DNA of 64,000 nucleotides, from positions 29,505 to 93,504 of the forward strand of contig JBAZKH010000006.1 in the NCBI GenBank assembly GCA_041650935.1. The letters run 5' to 3'. This DNA comes from Candidatus Omnitrophota bacterium. GTDB taxonomy: Bacteria > Omnitrophota > Gorgyraeia > 2-01-FULL-45-10. A program made the translations under genes and the position numbers. Under the pieces are notes generated by a model. The model was not told the origin of the DNA, ran no database searches, and saw only the letters and a program-made list of their open reading frames with translations. Positions within the stretch are counted from its first letter, which is position 1. Every line of letters begins with the position of its first letter. Positions 18,634 to 28,440 of this stretch are shown piece by piece.

Positions 18634-19779
18634 ATGTTAAGTGTTAAAAGACAGATTGCAGCGAAAATAGAGGCCTCGGAAGGAGTTGCGGAAACATTGG
18701 TGGCCGCAGACGCGAAGATCCTGGCGTTCGATCCGAAAGTAAGTTTCGAGCCGGAGAGACTCGATCAAACGGCATCGCCTTCGTCATTATCGAAGCGGGC
18801 GAAACTTACGGGCAGGATCCCCGCTAATTTCGCTTACGCTATTAACTTAAGAGGCTCAGGTACGCTCGGGACGGCGCCCGAATGGGCGAAACTCTTAAGG
18901 TCCTGCGGGGTTCTAGAGTCAGCTCTAAAGTCGATCACGATAGGAGCCATAACCGGCGGTCCTTTTCAGCACGGAGAGCAGGTAACGGGGGGCACCTCTG
19001 GCGGTAAAGGAAGAGTCGTCATTGAGACCGCGACCGGCACCACGATTCTTTATTATGTCGTGGTAAGCGGTGTAATCCAAACAGGCGAGGTTCTTACAGG
19101 TTCTATTTCGGCTGCTACAGCAACGACAGGATCGGCTCCGCAGGCAGCGGGACTTGAATATAAGCTCACATGCGACGAGCTTCTCGTTCCGTCATTAACG
19201 ATGGCCTCTTATGAGGACGGCGTAATGAAGAAACTTCGAGGCGCGAGAGGAAACGCTGTCTTTAACTTCAAGGCCGGAGAACCCTGCAAGATTAACTTTA
19301 CGCACAAGGGCGTTAAGGAATCCGTATCGGATGCCGCGATGCTTTCGATCACGCAGGAGCAGACGAAAGGGCCGATATTCCAGAACGCATCGCTTGTAAT
19401 AGGCGCCTATGCGGCGAGGATCGGCGAACTTACTCTAGACATCGGAAACAAGATGTCGGAGGACGACGACGCCAACGCGGTGCTTGGCATCAGGTGTTTT
19501 TCGATAGGAGACAGGGAGCCTGTCGGGACGATGAATCCGAGGATGGTTTTGGGATCGGTAAACGACTTTTTCGGTCACTGGTTTTCGGATACCGAGAAGA
19601 AGCTCGATTTTACGATAGGATCCGTCGCCGGCAACAAGTTCAGGTTCTATATGCCTAAGATCCAGTATGACAAGATCGAGGATGAGACGCGCGACGGCAT
19701 AGCGCTCGCCAATATCTCGTTTACGCTTAATCAGAACCTGGAGTCGGGCGACGATGAGCTGACAATACTCGCATTATAA
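18634..19779 (+). CDS. Major tail protein (putative)
   Basis: 381 aa, immediately upstream of the G/GT chaperone pair and the tape measure. Confidence 0.45.
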   Translation: MLSVKRQIAAKIEASEGVAETLVAADAKILAFDPKVSFEPERLDQTASPSSLSKRAKLTGRIPANFAYAINLRGSGTLGTAPEWAKLLRSCGVLESALKSITIGAITGGPFQHGEQVTGGTSGGKGRVVIETATGTTILYYVVVSGVIQTGEVLTGSISAATATTGSAPQAAGLEYKLTCDELLVPSLTMASYEDGVMKKLRGARGNAVFNFKAGEPCKINFTHKGVKESVSDAAMLSITQEQTKGPIFQNASLVIGAYAARIGELTLDIGNKMSEDDDANAVLGIRCFSIGDREPVGTMNPRMVLGSVNDFFGHWFSDTEKKLDFTIGSVAGNKFRFYMPKIQYDKIEDETRDGIALANISFTLNQNLESGDDELTILAL

Positions 19780-19798
19780 AAGAGGAGGAAATAAGACC

Positions 19799-20224
19799 AT
19801 GATTACGGGAATAAACATTTACGAGACGCGGGCCTACAAGTCAAAGCTGGACCCGGACAAGAATAATCCCACCGTTTTTCACATAGGCATGCTCGATCCG
19901 TTCCTAAGGGCTCATATCGATGATGAGGTGACGAGCCTTGAAGTGAGCTCCAAAAACCCTGACGACAAGGCAAAGGCCAATATCTGCGCCTCTAAAAGGA
20001 ATCTCCTTGCGGTAAGGTTCGGTCTTAAGGGGTTAGAGAACTTCCTTGACCCGAGGACAAAAGAGCCGGTTAAGTTCGACACCATATCGATATCGGTAAA
20101 CGGCAAGAACTATAACGGTGTGTCCGAACCGATTCTCGCCATGCTCGGCAAGCTCCTTATGGACGAGCTCGCCGAGGTAATTCTAAAAGAGAACGCAATC
20201 AGTGAGGAAGAGCGAAAAAACTGA
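19799..20224 (+). CDS. Tail assembly chaperone G-like
   Basis: 141 aa. A slippery heptamer sits just before its stop. Followed by a -1 frame ORF and the tape measure. Confidence 0.5.
   Translation: MITGINIYETRAYKSKLDPDKNNPTVFHIGMLDPFLRAHIDDEVTSLEVSSKNPDDKAKANICASKRNLLAVRFGLKGLENFLDPRTKEPVKFDTISISVNGKNYNGVSEPILAMLGKLLMDELAEVILKENAISEEERKN
20215..20221 (+). other. Programmed -1 ribosomal frameshift slippery site A-AAA-AAC (G/GT type)
   Basis: The heptamer AAAAAAC in the G frame (…cga aaa aac tga) lies 1 nt before the stop. A -1 slip reads aaa aaa ctg ata ttg gcg…, which is the frame of ORF 20227-20544. Confidence 0.55.
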
Positions 20225-20226
20225 TA

Positions 20227-20544
20227 TTGGCGGTCTGGCTTACGAAACTCAAGCTAGACTGCCGGGCCTGCTCCGATCCCGAAAAAATCGAGCGAGGATG
20301 CGAGAAAGATTCGCCCATACAGGGCGCGTGGAAATTGGGCGACTGGGAATTTGAAAGATGTCCTTTAAAGATCGTAACGAGGGAAAGCTTAGACTACGTC
20401 CGGGCCTATATATTTTTTCAAAACGGATATCTTCCGCACGCGGGCGGGTGGACGGATCAGTCGGCAAAGTTTATAGACGCGGTGGAAATCATAGAGAACG
20501 AGATTTCAAAAATCAGGGAAGAGGCTGAAAAGAATGCCCACTAA
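20227..20544 (+). CDS. T-portion of tail assembly chaperone GT (expressed by -1 frameshift from 19799)
   Basis: In the -1 frame relative to G. Ends overlapping the tape measure start. Confidence 0.45.
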   Translation: MAVWLTKLKLDCRACSDPEKIERGCEKDSPIQGAWKLGDWEFERCPLKIVTRESLDYVRAYIFFQNGYLPHAGGWTDQSAKFIDAVEIIENEISKIREEAEKNAH

Positions 20545-22129
20545 CAGAGAACTCGAAATCATAATGAAGTTAAAAGACGAAGTGTCGAAGAAACTCCAGG
20601 GTGTTGAAGGGGCCTTCATGAGATTTGGCAACGGCATGGTGGCATTCTCCGGCAAAATGCGGGAGGTGGCAGGATCTATAAAGCAGGTTTCGCGGAACAT
20701 GGTACTTATAGGGGGCATTATAACGGGAGGGTTCGCAGTTGCCATAAAGACGGCCTCGCAGTATTCGGGCGACGTCGACCGGGCCGTTAAGAGCATGAAT
20801 TTAAGTTTTATAAGGCTTCAGGTTTCAATCGCTTCTGCCGTTGTGCCGGTCTTAAACGCTCTGGCCAACATAGTCTCGAATCTTGTCGGGTGGTTTAACT
20901 CGCTTGATAAGAATACGAGAAATTTTGTCCTTCAGGCGGTCTTTGCGACAGGAATTATCCTCACCCTGGCCGGAGGCTTCGGAAGGATGCTCGCAAGTCT
21001 CATTCAGATTATAGCCGTGCTCCCTTTAGCCGCCGGAAACCTCTTAAGATTCGTCGCCATGCATCCTTATGTCTTGGGTATTGTGGCGGGCCTCGCGGCC
21101 ATGGCCGGCATATTGGCTGTTCTTATTATCTTCTGGGACAGGCTTCGAGGGATCGTTCAGCCGTTCATAACGACCTTGGAGATAGCGCTTAACGCTATAT
21201 TTTCGCTGGCAAATCTCATCTCTTCGAGTATATGGGCGTTATTCGAGGTGATCCTCAATGCTATTTCATGGACGCTTGATAAGATTAATAAACTGCCGCT
21301 TCCTAAGAAGTGGCACGACGCACTTAATGACGCAAAGAACGCGGTCAGCGGTTTTTCGGCCGAGATCGATAAAGTAAGGCTCGACAGCCTCGAGATGGCA
21401 TTGGCTCACCTGGAGCTTGCCTGGGACGGATTCACAAAAGGGACCTCGGCAGCCGGCGATGAGCTGGACAAACTTCACGCGGCATTTAAAAACATGAAAT
21501 TAGGATTTAAGGATATATGGAAGGATTTGACGAAGACCCCGCCTATTGAGGGTATATCAAAGTGGGCGAGTCTTGTTGAGCAGACCGTAAAGCGTCTTGC
21601 CGACGCCATGTCGCAGTCGCTCGGTAACTTCTTCTATAACGTCCTTACGCAACAGATAACGAGCGCCAAAGACGCATTTATCGAGTTCGGCAATTCAGTC
21701 TTAAGGATCCTTACGGATGTTCTCGCGCGCCTGATCCTCGAAATTACTCTCGCTCAAACTATCCGTCAGCTTACGGGGATCGCTTCTTTCTCATTCTTTC
21801 ATAAGGGCGGGGTGGTAAGAAGGGCCCATGCGGGGTTTTTGGCGAGCGATGAGGTTCCGATCATAGCGCAGGCGGGCGAGGGCGTAATAACTAAAAAGGG
21901 AGTCAGGGCCTTGGGCGGTCCTGAGGGTCTTTCAAGACTTAACAGGGGCGAGGCGCCCGGATCAAGTGCCCTTACTATAAACCCGACTGTTGTTATACAG
22001 GCCTTTGACGCCCAGTCGGGCGCAGATTATGTTGTCAAGAATAAGGACAGGATCGGCCAGGCGGTCGTGGAAGGGATATTAAAAAATAAAGTGATGCTTC
22101 GGAAAACAATCAGTAAATACTGCACATAA
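20534..22129 (+). CDS. Tail tape measure protein
   Basis: 531 aa, hydrophobic/Gly-Ala-rich segments (MVLIGGIITGGFAVAIKTA, ILTLAGGFGRMLASL), located after the G/GT pair. Confidence 0.6.
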   Translation: MPTNRELEIIMKLKDEVSKKLQGVEGAFMRFGNGMVAFSGKMREVAGSIKQVSRNMVLIGGIITGGFAVAIKTASQYSGDVDRAVKSMNLSFIRLQVSIASAVVPVLNALANIVSNLVGWFNSLDKNTRNFVLQAVFATGIILTLAGGFGRMLASLIQIIAVLPLAAGNLLRFVAMHPYVLGIVAGLAAMAGILAVLIIFWDRLRGIVQPFITTLEIALNAIFSLANLISSSIWALFEVILNAISWTLDKINKLPLPKKWHDALNDAKNAVSGFSAEIDKVRLDSLEMALAHLELAWDGFTKGTSAAGDELDKLHAAFKNMKLGFKDIWKDLTKTPPIEGISKWASLVEQTVKRLADAMSQSLGNFFYNVLTQQITSAKDAFIEFGNSVLRILTDVLARLILEITLAQTIRQLTGIASFSFFHKGGVVRRAHAGFLASDEVPIIAQAGEGVITKKGVRALGGPEGLSRLNRGEAPGSSALTINPTVVIQAFDAQSGADYVVKNKDRIGQAVVEGILKNKVMLRKTISKYCT

Positions 22130-22134
22130 AATTT

Positions 22135-22713
22135 ATGGAAATATTCGACGAAAAACCCGGCTTTGTTTATTTGGAAGATATCGAGTATTCGACGCTCATA
22201 AACGAGGCCGAATCAGGTAAAGAGAAACGCCGTAATAAATGGCCGGAGGGTTGCGCCAAGAGGACCTTCAAGCTTACCTATAAGACGATAACACAGACGC
22301 GTTACAGTTCAATCCTGCAGTTCTTTAACGATCGATCCGGCATGAAAGAGGCCTTTTACTGGGAGAACTTTAATGAAAGCCCCATATCAAAGATTTATCC
22401 GTCGGGTATAGTTGTCGATCCCGATTACCAAGGCCAGGACACGACCAATTTAAGGAATTATCCGATTATCCAATACAGCGAAACTATCTATGACGATGCG
22501 GTCGCGCTTACGCGCGGGGTGCATTATTCGATCGTAGACCTGACAGGCGAGATAACGTGGCTTATAAAACCGTCTAACGGATCCGTGATAACGGCGGACT
22601 ACCGTTTTTACAGAGTTGTGAGGTTTGATAACGACAAGTTGTCGCCGGAGAGAATAGCGTTCGAGAAGTATAACTTAGAGCTTTTATTAAAAGAGATTGA
22701 GCCGAGGATGTAA
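22135..22713 (+). CDS. Minor tail protein (gpM-like position)
   Basis: Position after the tape measure. Confidence 0.35.
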   Translation: MEIFDEKPGFVYLEDIEYSTLINEAESGKEKRRNKWPEGCAKRTFKLTYKTITQTRYSSILQFFNDRSGMKEAFYWENFNESPISKIYPSGIVVDPDYQGQDTTNLRNYPIIQYSETIYDDAVALTRGVHYSIVDLTGEITWLIKPSNGSVITADYRFYRVVRFDNDKLSPERIAFEKYNLELLLKEIEPRM

Positions 22714-23591
22714 TGACTAGACCCCTGTCGCCTAATACCATTACGGAAAAGAATAAACCCGAGTCGGAAGATATTTTGAGCTTCGTAGATATCTTCCTGG
22801 AAGGCGAGACATTACATTTCGTGAATAACGCTGTAAACCTCAACTTCTTCGACCTCGATGGAAATCCCGCACTCTATCAGGGACTTAAGATGACGCGCGA
22901 GAAGAAAGAGGACTCGATGGATATGGAGATACAGACCGTGTCTGCAGGATTAGATAACGTCGATCGTGGTATGTCCAGTTACATCGCATCGAAAGATTTC
23001 AGGGATCGCCGTATCGTGATACGGGCCTGTTTTCGTAATCTCATATCGGACGGCGCTAACGCATGGAAGGTATTTGACGGGTTTATAGATAAGCCGAATA
23101 TCTCGGAACATGATTTTACGATCGAGCTTGTACCGCGCCTCGGCCGGGGGACGCTTAACTCGAAGATAGGCGTAAAACAGCAACTTCCCTGCAGGCTTCC
23201 TTTCGCAGGCGCAAAGTGCGCTTACGGCAAGGATCCGGAGGTCCTTAAAGACGAAAAGACAGCCCAGATCGTAGATTCGGGGACAACCGGCTACATTGTC
23301 GACAGCGCCCGGATCGAAGCGGACGATTACTGGAACTTCGGGTTTGTGACGTTCGCTCTCGATACATTGACCGTTGCGTTAAGGGGTATTACTCGCATGA
23401 TAAACGACTTTGTATCGGCCGAATGTAAGATTCATTTTAAGATTGCGCTTCATATCGCACCCCAGGCCGGCGATACATACAAGATAGAGCGCGGATGCGA
23501 CCTTACGCTCGATAGTTGTCAGAATAAGTTTAATAACGACGTAAATTACGGGGGCATTCATACTCTGCCGGCAACGATGGTGAGGACATGA
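22713..23591 (+). CDS. Minor tail protein L-like (with C-terminal Cys cluster)
   Basis: Four Cys in CRLPFAGAKC...GCDLTLDSC, reminiscent of the Fe-S cluster of gpL. In the correct position. Confidence 0.45.
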   Translation: MTRPLSPNTITEKNKPESEDILSFVDIFLEGETLHFVNNAVNLNFFDLDGNPALYQGLKMTREKKEDSMDMEIQTVSAGLDNVDRGMSSYIASKDFRDRRIVIRACFRNLISDGANAWKVFDGFIDKPNISEHDFTIELVPRLGRGTLNSKIGVKQQLPCRLPFAGAKCAYGKDPEVLKDEKTAQIVDSGTTGYIVDSARIEADDYWNFGFVTFALDTLTVALRGITRMINDFVSAECKIHFKIALHIAPQAGDTYKIERGCDLTLDSCQNKFNNDVNYGGIHTLPATMVRT

Positions 23592-26500
23592 CGAAATTAT
23601 CAGTACCGCAAAAATATATCGGCATACCTTTCAAAGAGAACGGAGACAGCTTTGACGGGGCCGATTGTCTTAATCTCGCGAAACTCTACGCCGAAAACGA
23701 ACTCGGCGTAAAGGTTACGAGGATGCCGGCAGATATAAATGAGGCTCAAGATAAGCGCACAAAGTATTTAAGTCTTTTAGAAGAAATCCCTCTATCCGAT
23801 ATTATCCCCGGGGACGTCCTGTTTTTCTCATTTAAGGACAGATGGCATTGCGGAATGTATGTCGGGTATAACAAGGTCCTTCATACGATAAGGCCCCTGT
23901 TTTCAGGCAGAAAATCCCGTAGCATGATATCGCCTATAAGGGACGAGTGGCGAAGGTCCTACATAGGTGCAATAAGGACTAAGGGAAAGACGGAAGTGAC
24001 TGTGCCGGATGCGGGCGATCTGGGAGTCGTGGCCATCGTGATCGCAATTATAGGCACGATATATTCGGTCTACACGGCAATAACGGCTCCCAAGCCCAAT
24101 TTTGGCAATGACCTTGCAAGCCCTAAATACGGCACGAAGTATGGTTTTGACGCTATATCGAACACCATATCGAACGAGCTCATATATCCGCTTCCTTTCG
24201 GCCGTAATAAATACGGCGGTAACATTATCTGGAACAAGAAAGACGGCGATAATATCCACATGTTTCTGCTTCTCGGTATCGGGAAGATTAACTCGATATC
24301 GGATGTCAGAGTCAACGACATCCCCATAGAGGAGCTTCCCGGGTGCTCTTATACGGCGTATTTGGGTACGCCCGATCAGGTTGTCGATCCCAGGGCCGGC
24401 GGAGAGGTCAAGGGGCTTCGTAATATAGCATACTTGGCCGTGACCTTGGTGCCGTCCGAAAAACTCCCTGGAGGAGATCCGACCGTAACCTGCATTTACG
24501 AGGGTTTTCTCATGAAGACCTGGACTGGATCCATTTGGACAGGTGAGAACTATTCCCGAAATCCCGCGGCCTGCTTAAGAAAACTCTTAATAATTCCTCG
24601 AGAAGACGGCGGGGCCGGTGTGAGCGAATCAGAGCTCGACGACGCATCGTTCGGCGAGTGCTACGACAGGTGCAAGATTCTATTAGATGATGGAGACGAG
24701 GGTTTGAGTGAGCGTCATTTATTCGACTTCGTGTTCGATGCCGAGAGACCGATCCATGACGCTATTATGGAAATTCTGCAACCCTACGGCATGTACCTGG
24801 TAGTGGGCGAAAAGATAAGTCTTAAGATGTTAAAGCCGGACGATTCCGTCTATGACTTCGACATGGACAATATCAAAGAGGGTTCTTTTAAGTATTATTA
24901 CGCCTCGAAGAACGACTCGCTTAATGACGTAACCGTTAAATACGGGGATCCCGAGCAGAACGATGTCGCGATAGACGCAAAATCCGTCGACCTATACGAC
25001 CAGATTAAGACCGGGGCCGTTCGTAAGGGCGAGTATATGTTTTTAGGCCTGTCGAGATTTGCCGAGGCCTCGCGCAGGGCCGAGTTCATAAAGAATGAGA
25101 CGAACGTAAACATAATATTCGCCGAATTTGATATGGATATAGACGCACTTCATTGCGCGGTCGGGGATGTCGTAACCGTAAGCCACGATCTTACCGGCTG
25201 GAACAGAAAACCTTTCCGTATCATAAAGATAACCGAGGAAAGCGATTTTACCCGCCATGCCGTATTAAAAGAGGAGAACTCCTCGATATATAACGATGCT
25301 TTCGGATCCGTTATAGCATCGCTTGATTACGGATCGCCTCCGAATCCTTACAGGCCTGTCTCGGACGTTACGGGCCTTGTTACCCAGGAGAGCGCCTATT
25401 ATCTGCATAAGGACGGCACGGTGGGAACAGATATCGTCATATCGTGGAACGCACCGGCCGATGCCTCGAAGCAGTTCTTAAAATATTATCAGATTGAACT
25501 AAAAAAAGGATCGGCGGGCTACAAAACGATAGGCTTTACCTCCGGCAGTAACTTTACGATTTACAGCGTGGAAGCTGAGATCACCTATAACGTCAGAATT
25601 AAAACAGTTTCGATTAATGATGTCTTGTCGGACGGCGTTGTCTCAAGTCCTCTTACGGTCCTCGGAAAACTTGCCGCACCTTCCAATGTGACCGGCTTTG
25701 AAGCATATCAGGAAGGCAACCTTTTAAAGTTCAGTTGGAACGCCATTCCCGATGCGGACCTTGCGCGCTACGTCATAAAGAAAGGATCGGAATGGGGAAC
25801 GGGCCAGACGATAGCCGAGCTTATCGATACGACCGAATTCATGTATCCGGTAGGAGAGACCGGCGTTGTCACGTTTATGATTAAGGCCGTCGATACTTCA
25901 GGCAATGAATCAGCGGCCCCGGGGATCGATACCATAACGATCGTGCCGCCTCCCGAGATGAATTTCATTAACACGTTCGATCCATGGAGCGTTAACCACG
26001 AATATAAATTATCGAACCTTGAACTCGTAAAACGAAGCGACTACAGCCCTGATTATGTCAGGAGCGTATTTGCGCTCATGACAAGCGTAACGTGGGAGGA
26101 TAGAGAGGCCGAGGCAAAGACTTGGGAACAGCAGGAATCTGACTTGGGCCTTATATTAGACGAGCCGGTTAAGTCCTCGGGTTATTACGAGATGGTCACG
26201 CCCTTGGACCTTGAGACGATATTTGAGTTTAAGATATTTACGGATGTCCTTTATAAGAACGTATCCGGAGGAACTCTCGCCGTACAGATTTCAATAAGCG
26301 AAGACGGTGTTAATTACTCGAGCTTTACCGCCATAAACGCGAATGCCACTTACCGCGCAAGATACCTAAAGTTTAAATTTACTCTTTCCGCGACCGATAC
26401 CAATAAGAATGTCTATTTTTACGCCTGTTCTATTTTCGTGAACGCTCCATCCATAAGAGTAGCGTGGGCCAGAGACGTGGCTATTCCCGTGGGAGGCAAG

Positions 26501-26683
26501 ACCGTGATATTCGGAGTGGGGCTCAGTTTTCCGCCGAGAGTCAATACGGCGATTATTAACGGCATAAAAGGAATAGTCGTAATAAGCAATAAAACAAAGG
26601 ATCAGATGGATGTCAGGGTGTATGACCTTACGGGTTCCGCGATAGGCACCGCAGAGATCGACTGGGAGGCGAGAGGCTATTAA
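23588..26683 (+). CDS. Tail tip / host specificity protein: N-terminal NlpC/P60 (gpK-like) domain fused to a gpJ-like region with fibronectin type III domains
   Basis: N-terminal DCLNLAKLY...GDVLFF...HCGMYVG...VLH carries an NlpC/P60 Cys-His signature. FN3-like YQIELKKGSAGYKTIGFTSGSNFTIYSVEAEITYNVRIKTVS. 1031 aa. Confidence 0.6.
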   Translation: MTKLSVPQKYIGIPFKENGDSFDGADCLNLAKLYAENELGVKVTRMPADINEAQDKRTKYLSLLEEIPLSDIIPGDVLFFSFKDRWHCGMYVGYNKVLHTIRPLFSGRKSRSMISPIRDEWRRSYIGAIRTKGKTEVTVPDAGDLGVVAIVIAIIGTIYSVYTAITAPKPNFGNDLASPKYGTKYGFDAISNTISNELIYPLPFGRNKYGGNIIWNKKDGDNIHMFLLLGIGKINSISDVRVNDIPIEELPGCSYTAYLGTPDQVVDPRAGGEVKGLRNIAYLAVTLVPSEKLPGGDPTVTCIYEGFLMKTWTGSIWTGENYSRNPAACLRKLLIIPREDGGAGVSESELDDASFGECYDRCKILLDDGDEGLSERHLFDFVFDAERPIHDAIMEILQPYGMYLVVGEKISLKMLKPDDSVYDFDMDNIKEGSFKYYYASKNDSLNDVTVKYGDPEQNDVAIDAKSVDLYDQIKTGAVRKGEYMFLGLSRFAEASRRAEFIKNETNVNIIFAEFDMDIDALHCAVGDVVTVSHDLTGWNRKPFRIIKITEESDFTRHAVLKEENSSIYNDAFGSVIASLDYGSPPNPYRPVSDVTGLVTQESAYYLHKDGTVGTDIVISWNAPADASKQFLKYYQIELKKGSAGYKTIGFTSGSNFTIYSVEAEITYNVRIKTVSINDVLSDGVVSSPLTVLGKLAAPSNVTGFEAYQEGNLLKFSWNAIPDADLARYVIKKGSEWGTGQTIAELIDTTEFMYPVGETGVVTFMIKAVDTSGNESAAPGIDTITIVPPPEMNFINTFDPWSVNHEYKLSNLELVKRSDYSPDYVRSVFALMTSVTWEDREAEAKTWEQQESDLGLILDEPVKSSGYYEMVTPLDLETIFEFKIFTDVLYKNVSGGTLAVQISISEDGVNYSSFTAINANATYRARYLKFKFTLSATDTNKNVYFYACSIFVNAPSIRVAWARDVAIPVGGKTVIFGVGLSFPPRVNTAIINGIKGIVVISNKTKDQMDVRVYDLTGSAIGTAEIDWEARGY

Positions 26684-26698
26684 ATGGAAGGATATTGC

Positions 26699-26824
26699 AT
26701 GACGTGCCAAAAGATTATGACGATGAAAGACGTCCGGGCCAAGACCTTGAAGAATAAAGATAAGATCTACGAGGGCAAGTGCGAAACTTGCGGCACCGCA
26801 ATTTATAAGAAGCGAGGTAACTAA
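26699..26824 (+). CDS. Small zinc-ribbon peptide (41 aa)
   Basis: MTCQ...GKCETCG. Its stop overlaps the start of the tail fibre gene (TAATG). Confidence 0.25.
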   Translation: MTCQKIMTMKDVRAKTLKNKDKIYEGKCETCGTAIYKKRGN

Positions 26825-27864
26825 TGGAAAGACATTATTTCGACGAGAACCAACCGCAAGGATCCATGTCGCTCATGAATCTGCGAAATTCATTAAGAGC
26901 GCTCTTCCAGGGCGATATTATGCCGCTTCGGCCGAGAGCAAGCTTTGTCCTGGACGATATGGAATACCCTACCGATTCGCAGGCTCAAAGCGTTTGGTCG
27001 GGAGCCGGATGCACGGTTACCCATTCATCGACCAAACAAGAGGGAAACTTCGCCCTGCAGGTTGTGATCGACGCGACGACCAACAGGCAGGTTACGAAGA
27101 TAAAGTCACTCGATCTCTCGGCTTTTAAAGAGATCCTTGTGTGGGAGAGGTGCTCGGGCGCGTCTCAGGCATTCAGGTTCTTTTTAGAGGATGCATCGGG
27201 CCATGTGAGCTACTGGCTTCTTACGAGCCACGCTACGGCCGGTACATGGAAGCAGGATATTTTAAATCTCGCGGCACCTGATGGGAACAACGGAACACCT
27301 GCCGTTTTATCGAACATCACGGATTATGGATTTTATCAACTCCCGGCAAGTCAGACCTTTATATTCGATACGATCAAAGCACGTTGCGGGATGAGTGTGG
27401 CGATAGATTCCTGCGAGATAGGAAGTTTCTATAAGCAGGCGTATATCGGGGGCCAGCCGATATCGATGACCGCAAAAGCATCGCCTGCCATTACGGCGCC
27501 CGCGGCAAACCCGAGGATCGATATCCTCGTGGTCAATTCGGCCGGGACCTTGGCATGGATCGCGGGTGCGGAGGCAGCGAATCCGGTTCCTAACTGGGCC
27601 GGTATTCCGTCAGCTCGTATTCCGATATGCCTTGTCTATTGCAAGACCACCATGGCGAAGGTAGTTGACTATGAGGATAAAGACGCGAATCCAAACGAAG
27701 GCTTTATATACAGCGATATAAGGCCTCTTTACTGGGCTGCGGTGAGTAACTTATCGGCCTTATCGGATGTCTCGATATCGGGCCTGGCCAATAACCATGT
27801 GCTTCGGTATAACTCAACGTCGGGCAAGTGGGAGAATAAAACCCCGCGGGCCGTTTACGCTTAA
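26824..27864 (+). CDS. Tail fibre / receptor-binding protein (putative)
   Basis: Position after the tail tip. Beta-rich sequence. No specific motif. Confidence 0.35.
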   Translation: MERHYFDENQPQGSMSLMNLRNSLRALFQGDIMPLRPRASFVLDDMEYPTDSQAQSVWSGAGCTVTHSSTKQEGNFALQVVIDATTNRQVTKIKSLDLSAFKEILVWERCSGASQAFRFFLEDASGHVSYWLLTSHATAGTWKQDILNLAAPDGNNGTPAVLSNITDYGFYQLPASQTFIFDTIKARCGMSVAIDSCEIGSFYKQAYIGGQPISMTAKASPAITAPAANPRIDILVVNSAGTLAWIAGAEAANPVPNWAGIPSARIPICLVYCKTTMAKVVDYEDKDANPNEGFIYSDIRPLYWAAVSNLSALSDVSISGLANNHVLRYNSTSGKWENKTPRAVYA

Positions 27865-27874
27865 AAGGTGAAAG

Positions 27875-28438
27875 ATGGGCAATTACGTTTCAGGAGCACC
27901 GAAGGATTCAGGCGGTAATCCGATCCCAGTTACCTGGACGGATGATCCGCTCGAGCAGGATACGACAGAGACCAAGAAACAGCACCTCGTCGAGATGAGG
28001 GCGGCCCTGCAGGCCTTGGACGGCCACTATCACGTCTTTAATGGGAACAACTCGCAAAGCGAGCTCCCGGACGTAGCCGTGTCGTGGCTTGTGCCGAGCG
28101 CGAATATCGTAATCGATGAGACGTTTGTCGCGGCACAGCACATAAACGAGATAATAGGTTTTATAAAGAACTTTGTCGGGCATTACCATTACGTTCCGGG
28201 ATACGGTGTAAACTCGACAACTTATTCGCCGAGCTTCAGTTTTGAGGACGATCCTGTCGGTGCCGATGTTACCTGGATCAAGGCAAGCGCCCACGAGGAG
28301 CTGAGGACGCATTTGGAAAGTCTGGCGGGTCATACGCATTCTGTATGCTGCGAGTGCGAATGCACCTGTACTTGTACCTGCGAGTGCACATGCGCGTGTA
28401 CCTGCACCTGCGAATGCCGGTGCGACGGGGAGATGTAA
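27875..28438 (+). CDS. Fibre-like protein with three helix+GHxH repeats and a C-terminal (Cys-X)13 tail, candidate substrate of the downstream radical SAM enzymes
   Basis: Three repeats ending GHYHVF, GHYHYV and GHTHSV. The C-terminus is CCECECTCTCTCECTCACTCTCECRCDGEM, i.e. 13 alternating Cys. An AAGGTGA RBS precedes the ATG. Its stop lies immediately before the rSAM start. Confidence 0.5.
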   Translation: MGNYVSGAPKDSGGNPIPVTWTDDPLEQDTTETKKQHLVEMRAALQALDGHYHVFNGNNSQSELPDVAVSWLVPSANIVIDETFVAAQHINEIIGFIKNFVGHYHYVPGYGVNSTTYSPSFSFEDDPVGADVTWIKASAHEELRTHLESLAGHTHSVCCECECTCTCTCECTCACTCTCECRCDGEM

Positions 28439-28440
28439 AG

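Noticed and set aside
28345-28440. N-terminal extension MLRVRMHLYLYLRVHMRVYLHLRM on the radical SAM ORF
   Set aside because: It is merely the +1-frame reading of the Cys-codon repeat of the upstream gene. The real start is the ATG at 28441, preceded by GGGGAG and immediately followed by the CxxxCxxC motif.
28340-28440. Possible CRISPR-like or tandem repeat array
   Set aside because: The periodicity is 6 nt and codon-locked inside an ORF. No spacer/repeat architecture and no cas genes in the window.
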